Origin: Pseudovirgaria hyperparasitica
Taxonomy: Eukaryota
Assembly (NCBI GenBank): GCA_010093815.1
Contig: ML996581.1
DNA: 64,000 nucleotides
Reading direction: 5' to 3' (one strand)
Position 1 is the stretch's first letter. The number at the start of each line of letters is the position of its first letter. The position numbers were made by a program, and so were the translations under genes. This document shows, in pieces, positions 50,436-63,501 of the stretch. The notes under the pieces are model-generated. The model made no database searches. It was not told the origin of the DNA and worked only from the letters and a program-made list of their open reading frames with translations.

Positions 50436-53400
50436 ATGTCGTTACCTCAGCGGCCTGGTATGGCCTCTCGCGACGAGCAGAGTTCATACCGCAACACACC
50501 TTCTAATCGGCGCCGACGAGCACCATCTGACGCCGAATACTTGAACCCGTCTCCTACAGAACAGAAATCACCTTTTCAGTCACACTCCAATGCCTTCCCT
50601 TCTCCTCAATCACCGCCAATAGATTCCTCGGATTACATGATGGGGCAACAGCGCGGTGGTGGTGGTGACCTGGGCCGGAAGCGAAGTCTGGTCAGACCTG
50701 AACGCCAGAGATTCGACAAAGATCATCCCAATTACCACTACAGGAAACACGCCCAGAACATGGCTGTCCATCCATCCACGACGGGAAACGATCCGATACT
50801 AGAAGACGGCGAAACCGTTGTCTCTGATAGCACTCGTGATGGTGTCCCAACTCCATATGAGGAAAAGGCATCAAATCTGCCTGGAAGGAATGGAAATGGC
50901 CCTATACCGATGGAACGAGTGGAGTCTCGCAGGGCATCCCGGAAACTTACGCGGAAAGAAACGAAACAAATTAGGGAGGACGAGAAGAAGCGACAGAAGC
51001 AAAGGGACAACGCCAACCCGCCTAGTCTTTGGAGGATATACTGCAATGTCGTCACATTTTGGGCGCCAGGTGCCATTCTCAAGTGTTTCGGCATGCCTCA
51101 GAAGGCACAGCAAGGTGCTTGGCGAGAGAAAATGGGTCTCGTCAGTATCATTATCCTCATCGCAACTTTCGTCGGTTACCTCACATTCGGCTTCACTGAG
51201 ACTGTTTGCCCAAACGGCGGTGGAGATCGGTTACAGATCAACAAGGTTGATTCGGGTTTCATGATATTCCACGGAAAGGCCTACGACTTGTCACGCTCTC
51301 GACATCCCTGGGTTCGCGGTATTCCAGAAAACGCCAATGTCCTGTTCGATCTTCCAGAGAAGCATGGTGGTAAGGATGGCAGCTTCATGTTTCAGAACGT
51401 CAACGGCAATTGCAAGGGCCTCATCACTCCAGCAGAGAATTCTGATGTTCCCGTTGACAGTAACGGTAACATGGCCTGGTACTTTCCATGTACCGATTTC
51501 AACCAGGACGGCTCGAGCCATTACAACAACACTCCCAACCCGTACTATCTTGGGTACTCTTGCCATACCTCACGAGACGCGCGCAATACTTTTTACAATT
51601 TGCGTAGCACTGGAGATGTTTATTTCACGTGGGATGACATTCGAAACTCAAGCCGCAATTTGATGGTCTATGGAAGCGATGTCTTGGACTTGAATCTCCT
51701 CAGCTTCTTCAACAAGTCACAAGTTTCGTATCCTTCCGACTGGGACATTCTCCGTGAAAACCCCAACGTTCGAGGGGTTGACGTTACCCAGTCCTTCTCA
51801 TCTAGTGCAGACAGAAAGATGGGACGATGCTTCACCGAAATTATCAAAGTCGGTGTGATCGATACTGCGACCATTGGTTGCATTGCCTCTCAAGTGGTGC
51901 TCTATGTCTCGCTCATCTTTATCCTGTCCATTGTCGTCATAAAGTTCATGCTCGCTTTAATCTTCCAATGGTTCTTATGCAAGAAATTTGGCGCTGCCAA
52001 AACATCAATGAGTGGAATGAACGAGAAGGCCCGCAATCAGCAAATTGAAGAGTGGAGCGACGACATTTACCGACCACCGCCAAAGTTGGCTGACCCCATT
52101 ACTCCAGGTAACCGCAACAGTGCGCGTGGTAGCGCTTTCTTCCCATCGACGTCCAGATTCACGAGTCCATACGCTATGGACAAAGGTGTCTCCGCGAAGG
52201 GACGACCTGGCCCGACAACTATGGCAAGCCAGGCTTCGACCGCCCTTCTGAAGTCAAAGTCTGGAATGTATAGCCAAGTCAACCAAAGCCAAGGAACTCT
52301 CGTCGGAGCGCACGAACCGCGCTCTAGTCTGATGCTCTCAAGTAACAACGATGGACGATATTCTAGTGTAGTGGATAGTGACGGTCCAGGGCCAGCTGGT
52401 TTCGTTCACGAAGCAGTGGTTCCCCAACCTCCAGCTGACTACCAACCATTCGGATATCCACTTGCTCACAATATCTGCCTAGTCACTTGCTACTCGGAAG
52501 GTGAAGACGGGCTGAGAACCACACTGGACTCGATCGCCACCACTGATTACCCCAACAGTCACAAGCTTATCTTGGTCATTTGCGACGGTATGGTCAAGGG
52601 TGCAGGTGAAGAGCTCACCACGCCTGAGATCGCACTTGGTATGATGAAAGATCACGCCATACTTCCTCACGAAGTCCAGCCATTCTCCTATGTGGCCGTC
52701 GCCAGTGGATCAAAGCGTCATAACATGGCCAAAATTTATTCTGGGTTTTATGATTATGGCGACAAGTCCGTCATCCCATTCGAGAAGCAGCAGCGTGTTC
52801 CAATGATGGTTGTTGTCAAGACTGGAACTCCCGATGAAGCCCAAAATGCCAAACCTGGTAATCGTGGAAAGCGCGACAGCCAGATCATCCTGATGTCCTT
52901 CCTCCAGAAAGTCATGTTCGATGAGCGTATGACTGAACTTGAATACGAAATGTTCAACGGAATATGGAAAATCACCGGTATTTCCCCCGATTATTACGAA
53001 ATTGTTCTCATGGTAGATGCCGATACGAAGGTGTTCCCTGACAGTCTTACACACATGATCTCGGCTATGGTGAAGGATCCTGAGGTCATGGGTCTGTGTG
53101 GCGAGACTAAGATTGCGAACAAACGTCAAAGCTGGGTCTCCATGATCCAGGTTTTCGAATACTTCATATCCCATCATCTGTCGAAGTCCTTCGAATCGGT
53201 CTTTGGTGGTGTCACCTGTCTTCCAGGATGCTTCTGCATGTACCGCATCAAGGCTCCTAAGGGTGGGCAGAATTACTGGGTACCCATTCTTGCCAATCCC
53301 GATGTCGTCGAACATTACTCGGAAAATGTTGTGGAGACTCTACATGAGAAGAACCTACTTTTGCTTGGTGAAGATCGATACTTGTCAACTCTCATGCTGC

Positions 53401-54186
53401 GCACGTTCCCTAAACGAAAGCAAATCTTTGTTCCTCAAGCTGTTTGCAAAACTATTGTGCCAGACGAGTTCAAGGTCCTCCTCTCGCAGCGTCGCCGATG
53501 GATCAACAGTACCGTGCATAACCTGATGGAACTGGTACTCGTCCGTGACTTGTGCGGTACTTTTTGCTTTAGTATGCAATTCGTCGTCTTTATTGAACTA
53601 GTCGGAACCCTGGTTCTGCCTGCAGCCATTTCTTTTACCATATATCTTAGTAAGTTTAGTAGAAGTTCTCGGCTGGAGAGTAGCTAACAGAGCCATAGTT
53701 GTCATTTCCATCAAAGCTGGTATTGAACATACAGCAGTACCTGTTATCCCTCTCGTGCTTCTAGCGCTCATTTTGGGTCTCCCAGCCGTCCTCATTGTCT
53801 TGACTGCTCATCGCTGGTCCTACGTGGCGTGGATGATCATCTATCTATTCTCGCTTCCCATCTGGAACTTTGTGCTACCAACATATGCCTACTGGAAGTT
53901 TGACGACTTCTCATGGGGTGATACTCGGAAAACATCGGGCGAAAAGACCAAGAAAGCCGGACTCGAATATGAAGGCGAGTTCGACAGCAGCAAGATTACA
54001 ATGAAGCGATGGCATGATTTTGAAGCTGGTACGTCACATTGAGATGCGTTGTTTGTGTTCAAGCTTTATTAACGAGTTGAAACAGAGCGCCGATTGAAAG
54101 CACCCAGTGGCGGGTGGTCACAACAGCAAACGTCGGCTGGCGGCTGGCCCATGCAGCACGGACACGACTCATATTACGAACCCTAG
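50436..54186 (+). CDS. CHS3: Class IV chitin synthase (yeast Chs3 / Aspergillus ChsD type)
   Basis: AWREKMGL, cytochrome-b5-like domain, [50 protein letters not shown] motifs; no myosin domain; introns 53650-53698 and 54029-54085; 5'-UTR intron 50370-50431. Confidence 0.95.
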
Positions 54187-56575
54187 ACTATTTTGCACAG
54201 CGCAGTCATGGCAGGCGGAACAGCCAATTATTATTTTTTTCTTAATTTCGAGTATCATGTCAGCTCACCTGAGAGCGTGTACTTTTGCGACCATCGTTAG
54301 CACACGGTAGTGGATGTCAAACCAGAGGATGAAGTATAGGGCTCGGAGGGTTGGCTAATCTGGGCGTTACAAGTCGTGTACACTGCATGCTCATACTCTT
54401 TCCATGTTCTAGGCCCAACATTAAGGAGGGTAATACTACTATCCATTTAGTTGACGATGTTTTATCATTCTTGTCAATGTTTGGCAACAGAGGAACATGT
54501 TCGTGGACTCGTTTGCCTTATGAATAAAGTGACTAGGAGGTAAGTCTGACGTGCCGCAGTGAACACTACTACCTTGTCACCACGTAGATGCTGTAGCACG
54601 TCACCCTCAAATAGCTACAACCTGCATGGACGGAGCAACGCAACAAGCCGTTTCCAGGCCATTTTCCCGCATGGATCCGTCGGAGAGGAGTCGGTTCTGA
54701 CAAGACTTGCATGCAAGGTTGCTCACAAGCACGAGTATGTTTCCGCGAGATTTGGCATCAAACGTACGAGTCGAGGGAGCCCGGCCGAGCGAGGGCAGCG
54801 AACAGTGAGCAGTGCGTGCAGAGCATTACCACGTTAAGCTGGCTTCGCAGTACCTGCAGAGTCGCTGCGCATGATAAAGATGCAAGTCATTCGCAAGTGG
54901 CCTAATGCAGACTGCTCGAGCTGCGCCGGCCCAACATTCATTATGGGGGGAAATTCCGCGCAAGGGGGCGAGTCGGAGACAGCCATGTGCCCTTGACCCC
55001 CTTGTATTGATGGTTACGTACCGAAGCAGGTAGGTATTAACATGGTGATACTGCAGTCAGATGCTCGGCCGGAGCGGCCGTGATGATGATGGTAAGGTGA
55101 AGTGGTGAAAGGTGTCAAAACCGTGAAGTCACTCCCTTTCCAGCCTGGTGGACATTATTGTGCGAGAGCGTGAGGCATGGGACGGGGTAAGAGACACAAG
55201 ATATCTTGGAGGGGGAGAGTGGACTGCAATGGATGTTTGGGAGGTGGGGAGAGAGAGGATGAACGAACGTTATGCGGGTGTGGATGCATTGTGTCTGGCC
55301 GATCCAAACGTGTGCGTCTTACACCAATCGTGGAGTGTGGCCAGGTTGTCCTTGCTCCTTCATCCTGTCATTCCTTTGCGAGTCGCCCAGTAGAAGACGG
55401 GCGTTGGGTGGTGGTGATGGTGGTTGTAGCAGGATGATACCTAGATTGTCAAAAGTGCGTCTGCGAGTGATGAGAGAGTCCCATGTGAGTGAGCATGATG
55501 TGCCATGATGTGCCGCCATCCACATCGTCCCGCTGCCTGCCACTGCCACTGCTACTGCCACTGCCCACTGAGCCCCGCCTCTTCGCCAACCGCGCCCACC
55601 CCCTCCTACAACCAAAGCACTTTGTGTGTGTATGTCTCTCTACCTCTCAATCTCTCTTGTGGAGCGCTTCTTCAGGTTTCGTCAAAAAAGCCATGAAAAC
55701 GTGGTCGTTTGTTACTTGACCATCCGCTCGGACTATTTCTGACCCCAGCTTTCAAGCTTTGCGGCTTTCCAGTGACCTCCGCTCTCTTCCATTCCGGCCG
55801 TCCGAGTAACACGACGTGCAGTCAGGGAAATTGAAACTGCGCTGTTCCCTGTCTTTGTCGGTGCCCTGTCTGTCAGCAAGCTGCACGCTGCAAGCTGCTA
55901 CAGCCCAGCACTGTTCTCTGCTGCTCGATTCCCCCATCCCACGCTTCCCGTGGAGGTGGAGAGCTGCAATCTATATTGCAATCCGGATCCATAGGCGCTA
56001 GCCTTCTTCTTGGTCTTCCTGCGCAGCAGTACTGCCCGACCCCACCCAACCTCTCTCACCTACAATCAGCGCTGCGCTCTCGATCCGATGACAGTGTCTA
56101 GAACCTGTTGTTATCTTTGATCAGACTGAGTGAATCGCGGGAGAAAGAGCTTGGGGACGGTATTCTCGGTTGCTCACTACCGAAGAATATCAAGCAGTGT
56201 CCGCCCGTGAACCACCCAAACTTATATACGCTCTCCCGGCTTTGCCACCTACTCTGCGGTACAGCCTCTTACCGTAATCAAACTACGGTTCTACTCTACT
56301 GTCTATTTCAGATATTCCTCAGTCAGTAAACGTCAACGTTGACGCCCACGAACTCTCCACACGATCATATATACGGACTGTGTGGCGCAGAAGAGTTGGT
56401 TCATCTGGTCTGATTCTCTTGATTGGATAAGAAGATACCTCGAAGGACGTGTGGCAAGTCATATCTCGATTTAGTTCACTGAGCGGCAGTCGCGTTGCCC
56501 TCTTACGGCCGAGGGTATTCGTTCCATCTCACCAGCATCTCGACAGGCGTTGCCCGGACATTAGCAGGACACTAT

Positions 56576-58568
56576 ATGGGTGATCTTAGCCGTGAGCTTG
56601 TCTCTGTCCTAAGTCAATCTTCAATCCCTGACCTAGATTCGGTCGACCATCTCCTCGCCGCACATCTCGGAGAATTAGAGAAAGAATCTGTTGATGATGG
56701 TCTTGAGAGCTCTGTGGCTCAGGTAGACGAAGCGATGGAAAGCCAACCGTGGCTGGAAGCCCTTGAGATAGATGCATTTGACCTGGAGTATTTCGCGTCG
56801 GGACATGATACCGATGAGATTCACACTCCTCCGTTGTGGCACACTCATCCCATCGCGCACTCCCAATTCTGGCAAAGCTTAGAAGCAGCGATAGGAACCA
56901 CTCCGTCTCACTATGGAATACAAGCTGAATACGTGACACTGACACCATCACTTATCGACAATTCTTTCGGTTCGGGTATCCAGTTTAGTCCATCGCCGTC
57001 GAATTTCATAGCCTTCACCACTCCCGCTGCCCATGGAGACATACCGGTCGTACCTGAGAACAGTCACAAGCGGACCTTCCGAGAGTTTCTGCATGACTGG
57101 AGAATCTACCGACTACCTAACCCACCAACGCCAGTCGCCTGTCATTGTAGCGAAGGCCAATGTGTTGGTGGATGCATCTCTCCTGGAATTGCTCTTTCCG
57201 AGATACGTGCTGACAGGGACGACTCCTATGACAATCAAGGCATCGACTGGGTAAAATTGAACACAACGCGGAGGAATGCACGCCAGGTCCGACCGCGTAT
57301 AATGTCTGCCCATCTTCATGACGCTGATCGTGGGGAGTTCAATGAGAGGCAGAGAAGGGCCTCGCAGGTGAGCCTCCCCCAATTATCTTGTTGCGTTCTA
57401 TATACTAAAGGGAGAGTTGTAGGAACGCCCAGACGACACTGAGAGGTTTTTCAAATTCCGCAAACTATCGAGGAAGCATAAACCATTTGTCAACCACTAC
57501 CAGCTCCTCAACATGATTGCTTCTACATCCGCCAACGATGTGTATTATGCTACACAATCCGATAGGCGAGCCAAGATAATGCGTACTGACACTTCGGAAA
57601 AAGCCACATGTGTCATGGAACTTTCGAATGGCCCCCTAGGCCGCTTTTCCACCACATGTCTGTCCGCTTCAAAGGATGTTCTAGTGGCGGGGAGTTTTGA
57701 GGGAAGCTACGCCTACACATACCTCGACACTCATATCGGGTCAAAGCACGTTATGGGTCAAGTCACCGCCACACACAACGGGATCACAAATCACGCCCAT
57801 ACCTTTCCTGACCGCCGCAACACAAGCACCCAGGCCGCATTCTGCTCCAACGATTCCACTCTTCGCACTCTAGACTGCGCCACAAATCGCTTCACAAATG
57901 TTTTTACTTATGACTTCTTGATCAATTGTGCCGCAACTTCGCCCGACGGCCAGATGCGGCTCATTGTCGGGGACGCCACCGGTGGCCCAGCCGAATGCGT
58001 CGCCAAGTCGTACATCACACGCACCGACAACGGTCGCCCTATCAAGGCGCTCTTGCACCACAAGGACGCCGATGCTTTCGCCTGCGCCTGGGCAGACGAC
58101 GGCATTACCTTCGCTACAGCTGCTCAGGATCACTACGTCCTCGTCTACGACGCCCGTCGCTGGGACATGCCCATGGCGCGTATACAGTCCAAAATGAGCG
58201 TCCCACGCGTCCTTTGCTTCTCACCCATAGGTAGCGGACGCCGCACTTTGTTCATCGCCGAAGCGGACGACTTTGTGAGTATCGTGGATGCAAGGACTTG
58301 GAAGAATGCGCAAGTTCTGGACAGTTTCGGCGCACTTGGAGGTATGAGTCTTACACCGGACGGGCAAAGCCTATTCGTCGCGAATGTAGACTCGACGGTG
58401 GGTGGACTGATGGAGTATCAGAGGTGCGATGTGGGAGACCAGTGGGGCGTCAGGGGAGACGAGATGTGGGACTGGATGGGAGAGGATGATGTAGGGAGCC
58501 ACCGCTCCACGGTGAGGAACTGGAGACAGAGAAGAAACGTGGGCATGGATTGTGATATTGTCGTATAG
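56576..58568 (+). CDS. WD40-repeat protein, DUF2415-type
   Basis: ATG 56576; intron 57368-57422; DNQGIDW, FFKFR..HYQLLN, HNGITNH, FCSNDSTLR, INCAATSPDG, FACAWADDG..FATAAQD, FSPIGSGRRTLFIAE motifs. Confidence 0.85.
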
Positions 58569-59176
58569 TCATGAAGCTACGAAAGGCGTGGGCTGATGAT
58601 GGTACGTACGAATGGCATGGCCAGCCAGGATGGAACGATCGAGACGCCCGACTACGCATGACGCGGACATGATTACACGGCTGCTGATACCCCCTCATCC
58701 TACCTCTATTTCTTTTTGTGTGTGCTTGTTGACCCTGCATGGTTGGGAACGGCGGTTGATCTTGTATGGCGTTGATGGTTTGAGGCCTTGACGGATACGT
58801 GATACCTTTTTTTTTCTCTTCTTTTCTTTCTTTTTCTTCTTCTTCTTCTTCTTCTTCATCATCATCTTCTTTGTTTACTAGGGTGCATTGATTGAGAAGG
58901 CTAGAATGAGACGACTGGACCTTCTGGGGGGTTTATACATATACATATGAATATAATCGTGATTACATACTCGTTCAATGTCAAAAGGTCCACTTGGGTT
59001 AGAAGTTCGTAGGTTGTGGTGTCGTTGCTGGTCTCTTTGGGGCGATGGTCTTTTGTACGTTGTTCATGGTCGTGCTATGTGGCGGACTTACATCCCGGAG
59101 TGAGCAAGAAATAGGGAGATATGGCATGGGATGTGGCTGATTGTGTTCTCCGGGGGCTTGTGCACGTTATGTACTT

Positions 59177-59240
59177 GTATGTATGTATGTATGTATGTAT
59201 GTATGTATGTATGTATGTATGTATGTATGTATGTATGTAT
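59177..59240. repeat. Microsatellite (GTAT)16
   Basis: Perfect tetranucleotide run read directly. Confidence 0.97.
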
Positions 59241-59363
59241 GTGTATGTTTGGTCGGTTCGACTGCTATTACACGTCGCACGCGTCTATAGGATGTATGCC
59301 CTTTTTCTTCTTCTCGTGTAATGGAATGATAGTGACAGCGAAGATATCCATTGGCGGGTTTAT

Positions 59364-59367
<4 letters not shown>

Positions 59368-59430
<63 letters not shown>

Positions 59431-59443
59431 TGTGTGTGTGTGT
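59368..59443. repeat. Compound microsatellite (GA)30(GT)8
   Basis: Read directly. Confidence 0.97.
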
Positions 59444-59607
59444 ATATGGCTGTCTGTCTATCCATCATATGCAACGCCTTCATTCATCCAAGATATTGCA
59501 GTGCGTCGTGCTGTAGCATGTAGATCTTGTTTATGTTTATGTGAGTGTCATGTCTGTCCTCTGGGTTTTTGTTTCGGGTGTTGTCTGTGTGTGTATATCT
59601 ATTTCTC

Positions 59608-59652
59608 CTAGGGATGTATGGCTAGGGATGTATGGCTAGGGATGTATGGCTA
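59608..59652. repeat. 14-bp minisatellite (CTAGGGATGTATGG)x3.2
   Basis: Three perfect copies plus CTA. Confidence 0.95.
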
Positions 59653-60049
59653 CGAATATGTAGCTAGAGATATACATGTTTCTCTATAGTCATATGGAAG
59701 AGAGAGGAGGAGGAGAGAAAGGGGGCTACGGGGAGGGAAAGGAGGAGTGAGAGAGAAGAGAGAAGAGAGGAGAGAGATGAGAGAACGAGGGGAAGGCTAA
59801 GTAAGAAGAGAGAGAAAGAGGGGAGGGCTAAGAAGAGAGGGTCAAGAGAGAGAAGAAGAGGAAAGAAGAGAAGAGAGGTATATGGAGGTATGGGATATGT
59901 ACGACGGAGTTTCGCTCCTGGCGGATTGTATTGTTGGTTTATGGTTCGTGTGTGGTGGTGACGATGTGATAATGATGTAGTTAATTCAAGACCAGTAGTA
60001 AGAATATGCTGCATGTTAGGCGGGGTGAGAGGGAGAGCGGGTGCGGATT

Positions 60050-61925
60050 TGGGAAATATAGATAGCTATGGATAGTCTAGGTAATAGGTAGATAACCGGG
60101 GATCTTTCATATATACATACATTTGTATATGTGTATATGTACAAGTATCTATACACTCTACATCTCTGGTAGTACTTTCTATTCGTCGCCTTGTATCGCC
60201 TTGTATGTTTCCACGTTTCTAGGCCAAACGAAACCCCTTTCGTGTTTATATCTTCAATCTCTTTGATAAATTTAAGTATTTAGTAAGATAACGGCCTAGG
60301 CAAGAGTATGAAAGTAAGCCATGCCTTACGTTAGTAATCTCCCAGATAGATAGAGAGAGAGTAAGAGCATGTACTTTAGTACTTATTATTATCTGCATTT
60401 AATAAGCTTAACATACGCTACTTATAGATCTTCCGTCTCCGGTCTCGCATCTCTTATACGTCTTATCTACGTACTATAAATAAAGATAAGATATATAAAA
60501 CTCTTCTTATCGCGAGTCTAGACACATTTATATAGACGAACTAATATATATCTAAAAGAAATAAATTTTTAGATAGAGAAAGAAGAGAAGAAAGAAAAAA
60601 GAGAAAAGTAATACTAGATAGTAATAGTATTTAGACATAGAATTAACGAAGACTTTAGAGACACGGAATATAGCGTGATTATATCTAGTATATATCTTAA
60701 ATATATCTTAGGGATATGTATATCTATTAACCCCTACTCTATATAAAGCTATAGATGGTATTTAATTTAAGTCGTAGTAAGTATAGATAGAAAGATAGAT
60801 AGATAGATTCGGGCTAAGCGGTAAAAATAAGATAGGCATAAGGTAGAACACGCATATATACGAGATATCTACATTCCCCTATCTACCCTCTCTTATTTAT
60901 TCCCCGTACATGTATTTATTTATTTCCTTCTATTACTATATTAGTACCGATATATAGTATCCGGTTCTACATCCTCTTTTCTATCCCCTTGCTACTAAGA
61001 TTCTTAATAGACTAACACCGAAAATAATACGCTAAAGAAACAAATTCATTCCGTAGTATCTACACTAGTAGTATGTAATATGTTTATATTCTTGCACTTT
61101 CGAGGGCGAGGAGCGTATATTACGAGTGGTGGAGGCGTGTATCTACAAAAAGGCGAGAGTATGAGACCTCGGTAATGATACTAATAGGTATTGTTACGTG
61201 GTAGTCGTAATGCCTATGAGTGTATGTAGAACTAGACACTAAGGCTACTAGGCGGCGTCTCGGTAATACATATAATCTAGATAATTATAATACCAAGGGA
61301 TTAGTTAAGGGATCTATGTGTCCTCGATCGTTATAGTAGATATACTTCTAGGACTAAGCTAGCTTGTGTTTATATAATCTTTTTATCCTTATGGGAGAAC
61401 TTCTACTTATTCTACTATAACCAAGGTGTATATATATATAGGCAGGTAGGCAGGCTAAATGGACAAGTTACCTAGCTTCTACGGTGTTAAACAAGGCGAT
61501 AAGGTAACAGGGTTGGACACCGAAGGTTAAAGGGTTCAAATGCTAAGCACGAGAGAGGCTTTGTTAACTTTGGCTTATTCGCATTTTGGCTTCTAGGCTT
61601 GATAACGTGAAGAGAAGAGATGGTCTATCTATCTATCCGTTAGTTAGTTAGTCTATCAGTCAGTCTGTCTGTCTGCCGGCCTATCTACCCATCCAGCAAG
61701 ACGCAGCGAGGCTATGCGATCGGGATGATCAATCGTTCATCTTCGAATAACATTGTACTAAGACTGCGCAGGTATGCCCCTAATTGTACAGACTATCTAA
61801 TGGAAGTTGAACCCACCAAAGTAGAATAGAATATGGTAGCGCTCTACCTATATACCTCCTACTAAGCTAGATAGATAGATAGAGATAGACATGGGGATAG
61901 ACATGGGGATAGACATGGAGATAGG

Positions 61926-61985
<60 letters not shown>

Positions 61986-62250
61986 GATAGACATAGAGAT
62001 AGACATAGAGCCAGATAGAACTAGCTGACAACTCCTTATCCACCTTATGTTAACTAACATACTTACTTCCCTACTTACTTACTACTACTCCCACTACTAT
62101 CGTGTGTGTTTGTATGTGCGAGGATGCATATATATAGATACAGACATAACTACTAAGTCACTAATCTTATGTATTAGCGAAGCAACAGAAAGGGGAGATA
62201 CGATGATACTACTACTACTTGTTATTGCCTTGAAGTTGCCTTAGACTCAG
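60050..62250. other. AT-rich, TpA-enriched non-coding tract (RIP-like decay)
   Basis: No ORF of 60 aa or more between 60014 and 61848 in the track; abundant TA/TAG/TAA and visibly few CA/TG (judged by eye, not computed). Confidence 0.6.
61884..62009. repeat. 12-bp minisatellite GATAGACAT(G/A)G(G/A) interrupted by (GATA)14
   Basis: Units at 61884, 61896, 61908, 61986, 61998; (GATA)14 at 61928-61983. Confidence 0.92.
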
Positions 62251-63472
62251 ACTCAGCATTGGATTTAGAGTCCCGCACACATCTCAGTATCGCAGTGTCT
62301 TAACATCCACCCCGTCCCATCCCATCCAATCGCCCAAAAAACCAGCACCAGCTCGCCAAGCAGGCACGCAGACAGATCAACAAGTCGATCAACAGGCACA
62401 GTAGCGTCAAAAATAGCGGGAGATGGACAAGCCAAGGGGGGCTTTTTTGTTCGGGGGCGGATCATATCATGTCTACATTATTCCTTGACATCCCATGGAT
62501 GGCATGACACTGATCGTCCCGCGATGGATCGTCGGACGGGGTGCGGCAGGGTAGGTACATGGTAGGGCAGGGCAGGTACAGGGCAGGGCAATACATACAT
62601 ACTAACATGATTACTCTGACCTTGGGGTATCAACCGGGCACGCAGTGTACTGAATCCTTGATACTGGACATATTCATGCAAAAGCAGTTTTATGCAAAAC
62701 ACAAACAAACAAACACAAACAGACAAAGACAGACCTCAATCCATCGAAATGAACACCCCATCTCCGCATCATCCATCCCGCACAGGACGGCAAGTTGCAA
62801 CCCGCTCCTTCAACAAAACCCCCTTTACTTTTTTTCTTCTTCGGGTCACGGTAATCTGCCAGACTAAATTAGCAAACGTTCAAAATGTCCGTGATTAAAT
62901 TTATAACTGTAGTCTCCACAGGGACGATGCCTCTAGCGGAGAATTCTGGACTGCTGTACTGTGTGTGATATTGAAGCGCTGGTGTGGGGTTTTGTGTGCT
63001 TACTTGATAGTGCATCGCGTCGCATGGCATCCCAGATCAGATCAGGTCAGATCTAGATAGAGACTACTCAACCGTACCTTCTGATAGCCTGCCTGCCTGC
63101 CTGGCTAGCTAGCCGATATTCCTACGTAGCTTATACTCTGTCACACTTATACGCAGCCTAAGAGCGCTGTCTCGATACGCGAGAGAGATTGCGACCAGGA
63201 TCAGATATCCCAGATATCGCATGTCTACTCTCTAGCAGGTGCGTGATACATATCCAACTGCCCGGGCGTGCATCCGTGTTGAAGTATACCCGCCCAAAGC
63301 AACAAACCTTCAATCCTTCTATTCAATCCATGCATGGCATCGGACAAATATGGACTCAATCGCGAATGCCAGAACTCGCATTATTAAACAAAAACAAAAA
63401 TCAAATCAAATAAAATAGATACATAAAAACATTCAAGTCCGCTGTGACGATAGACAGCTGACTATTAATCGA

Positions 63473-63501
63473 TCATTCATTCATTCATTCATTCATTCAT
63501 T
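63473..63501. repeat. Microsatellite (TCAT)7
   Basis: Read directly. Confidence 0.9.

Noticed and set aside
52710..53315. 201-aa antisense ORF (and similar shadow ORFs in dynein, PSO2 and F-box genes)
   Set aside because: Antisense shadows of conserved coding sequence caused by codon bias.
59121..60014. ORFs with MYVC, ERER and SLSL repeats
   Set aside because: Translation artefacts of microsatellites and the purine-rich tract.
61500..61550. GGTTCAAAT T-loop-like word suggesting a tRNA
   Set aside because: Could not fold a cloverleaf; no matching A box or acceptor stem.
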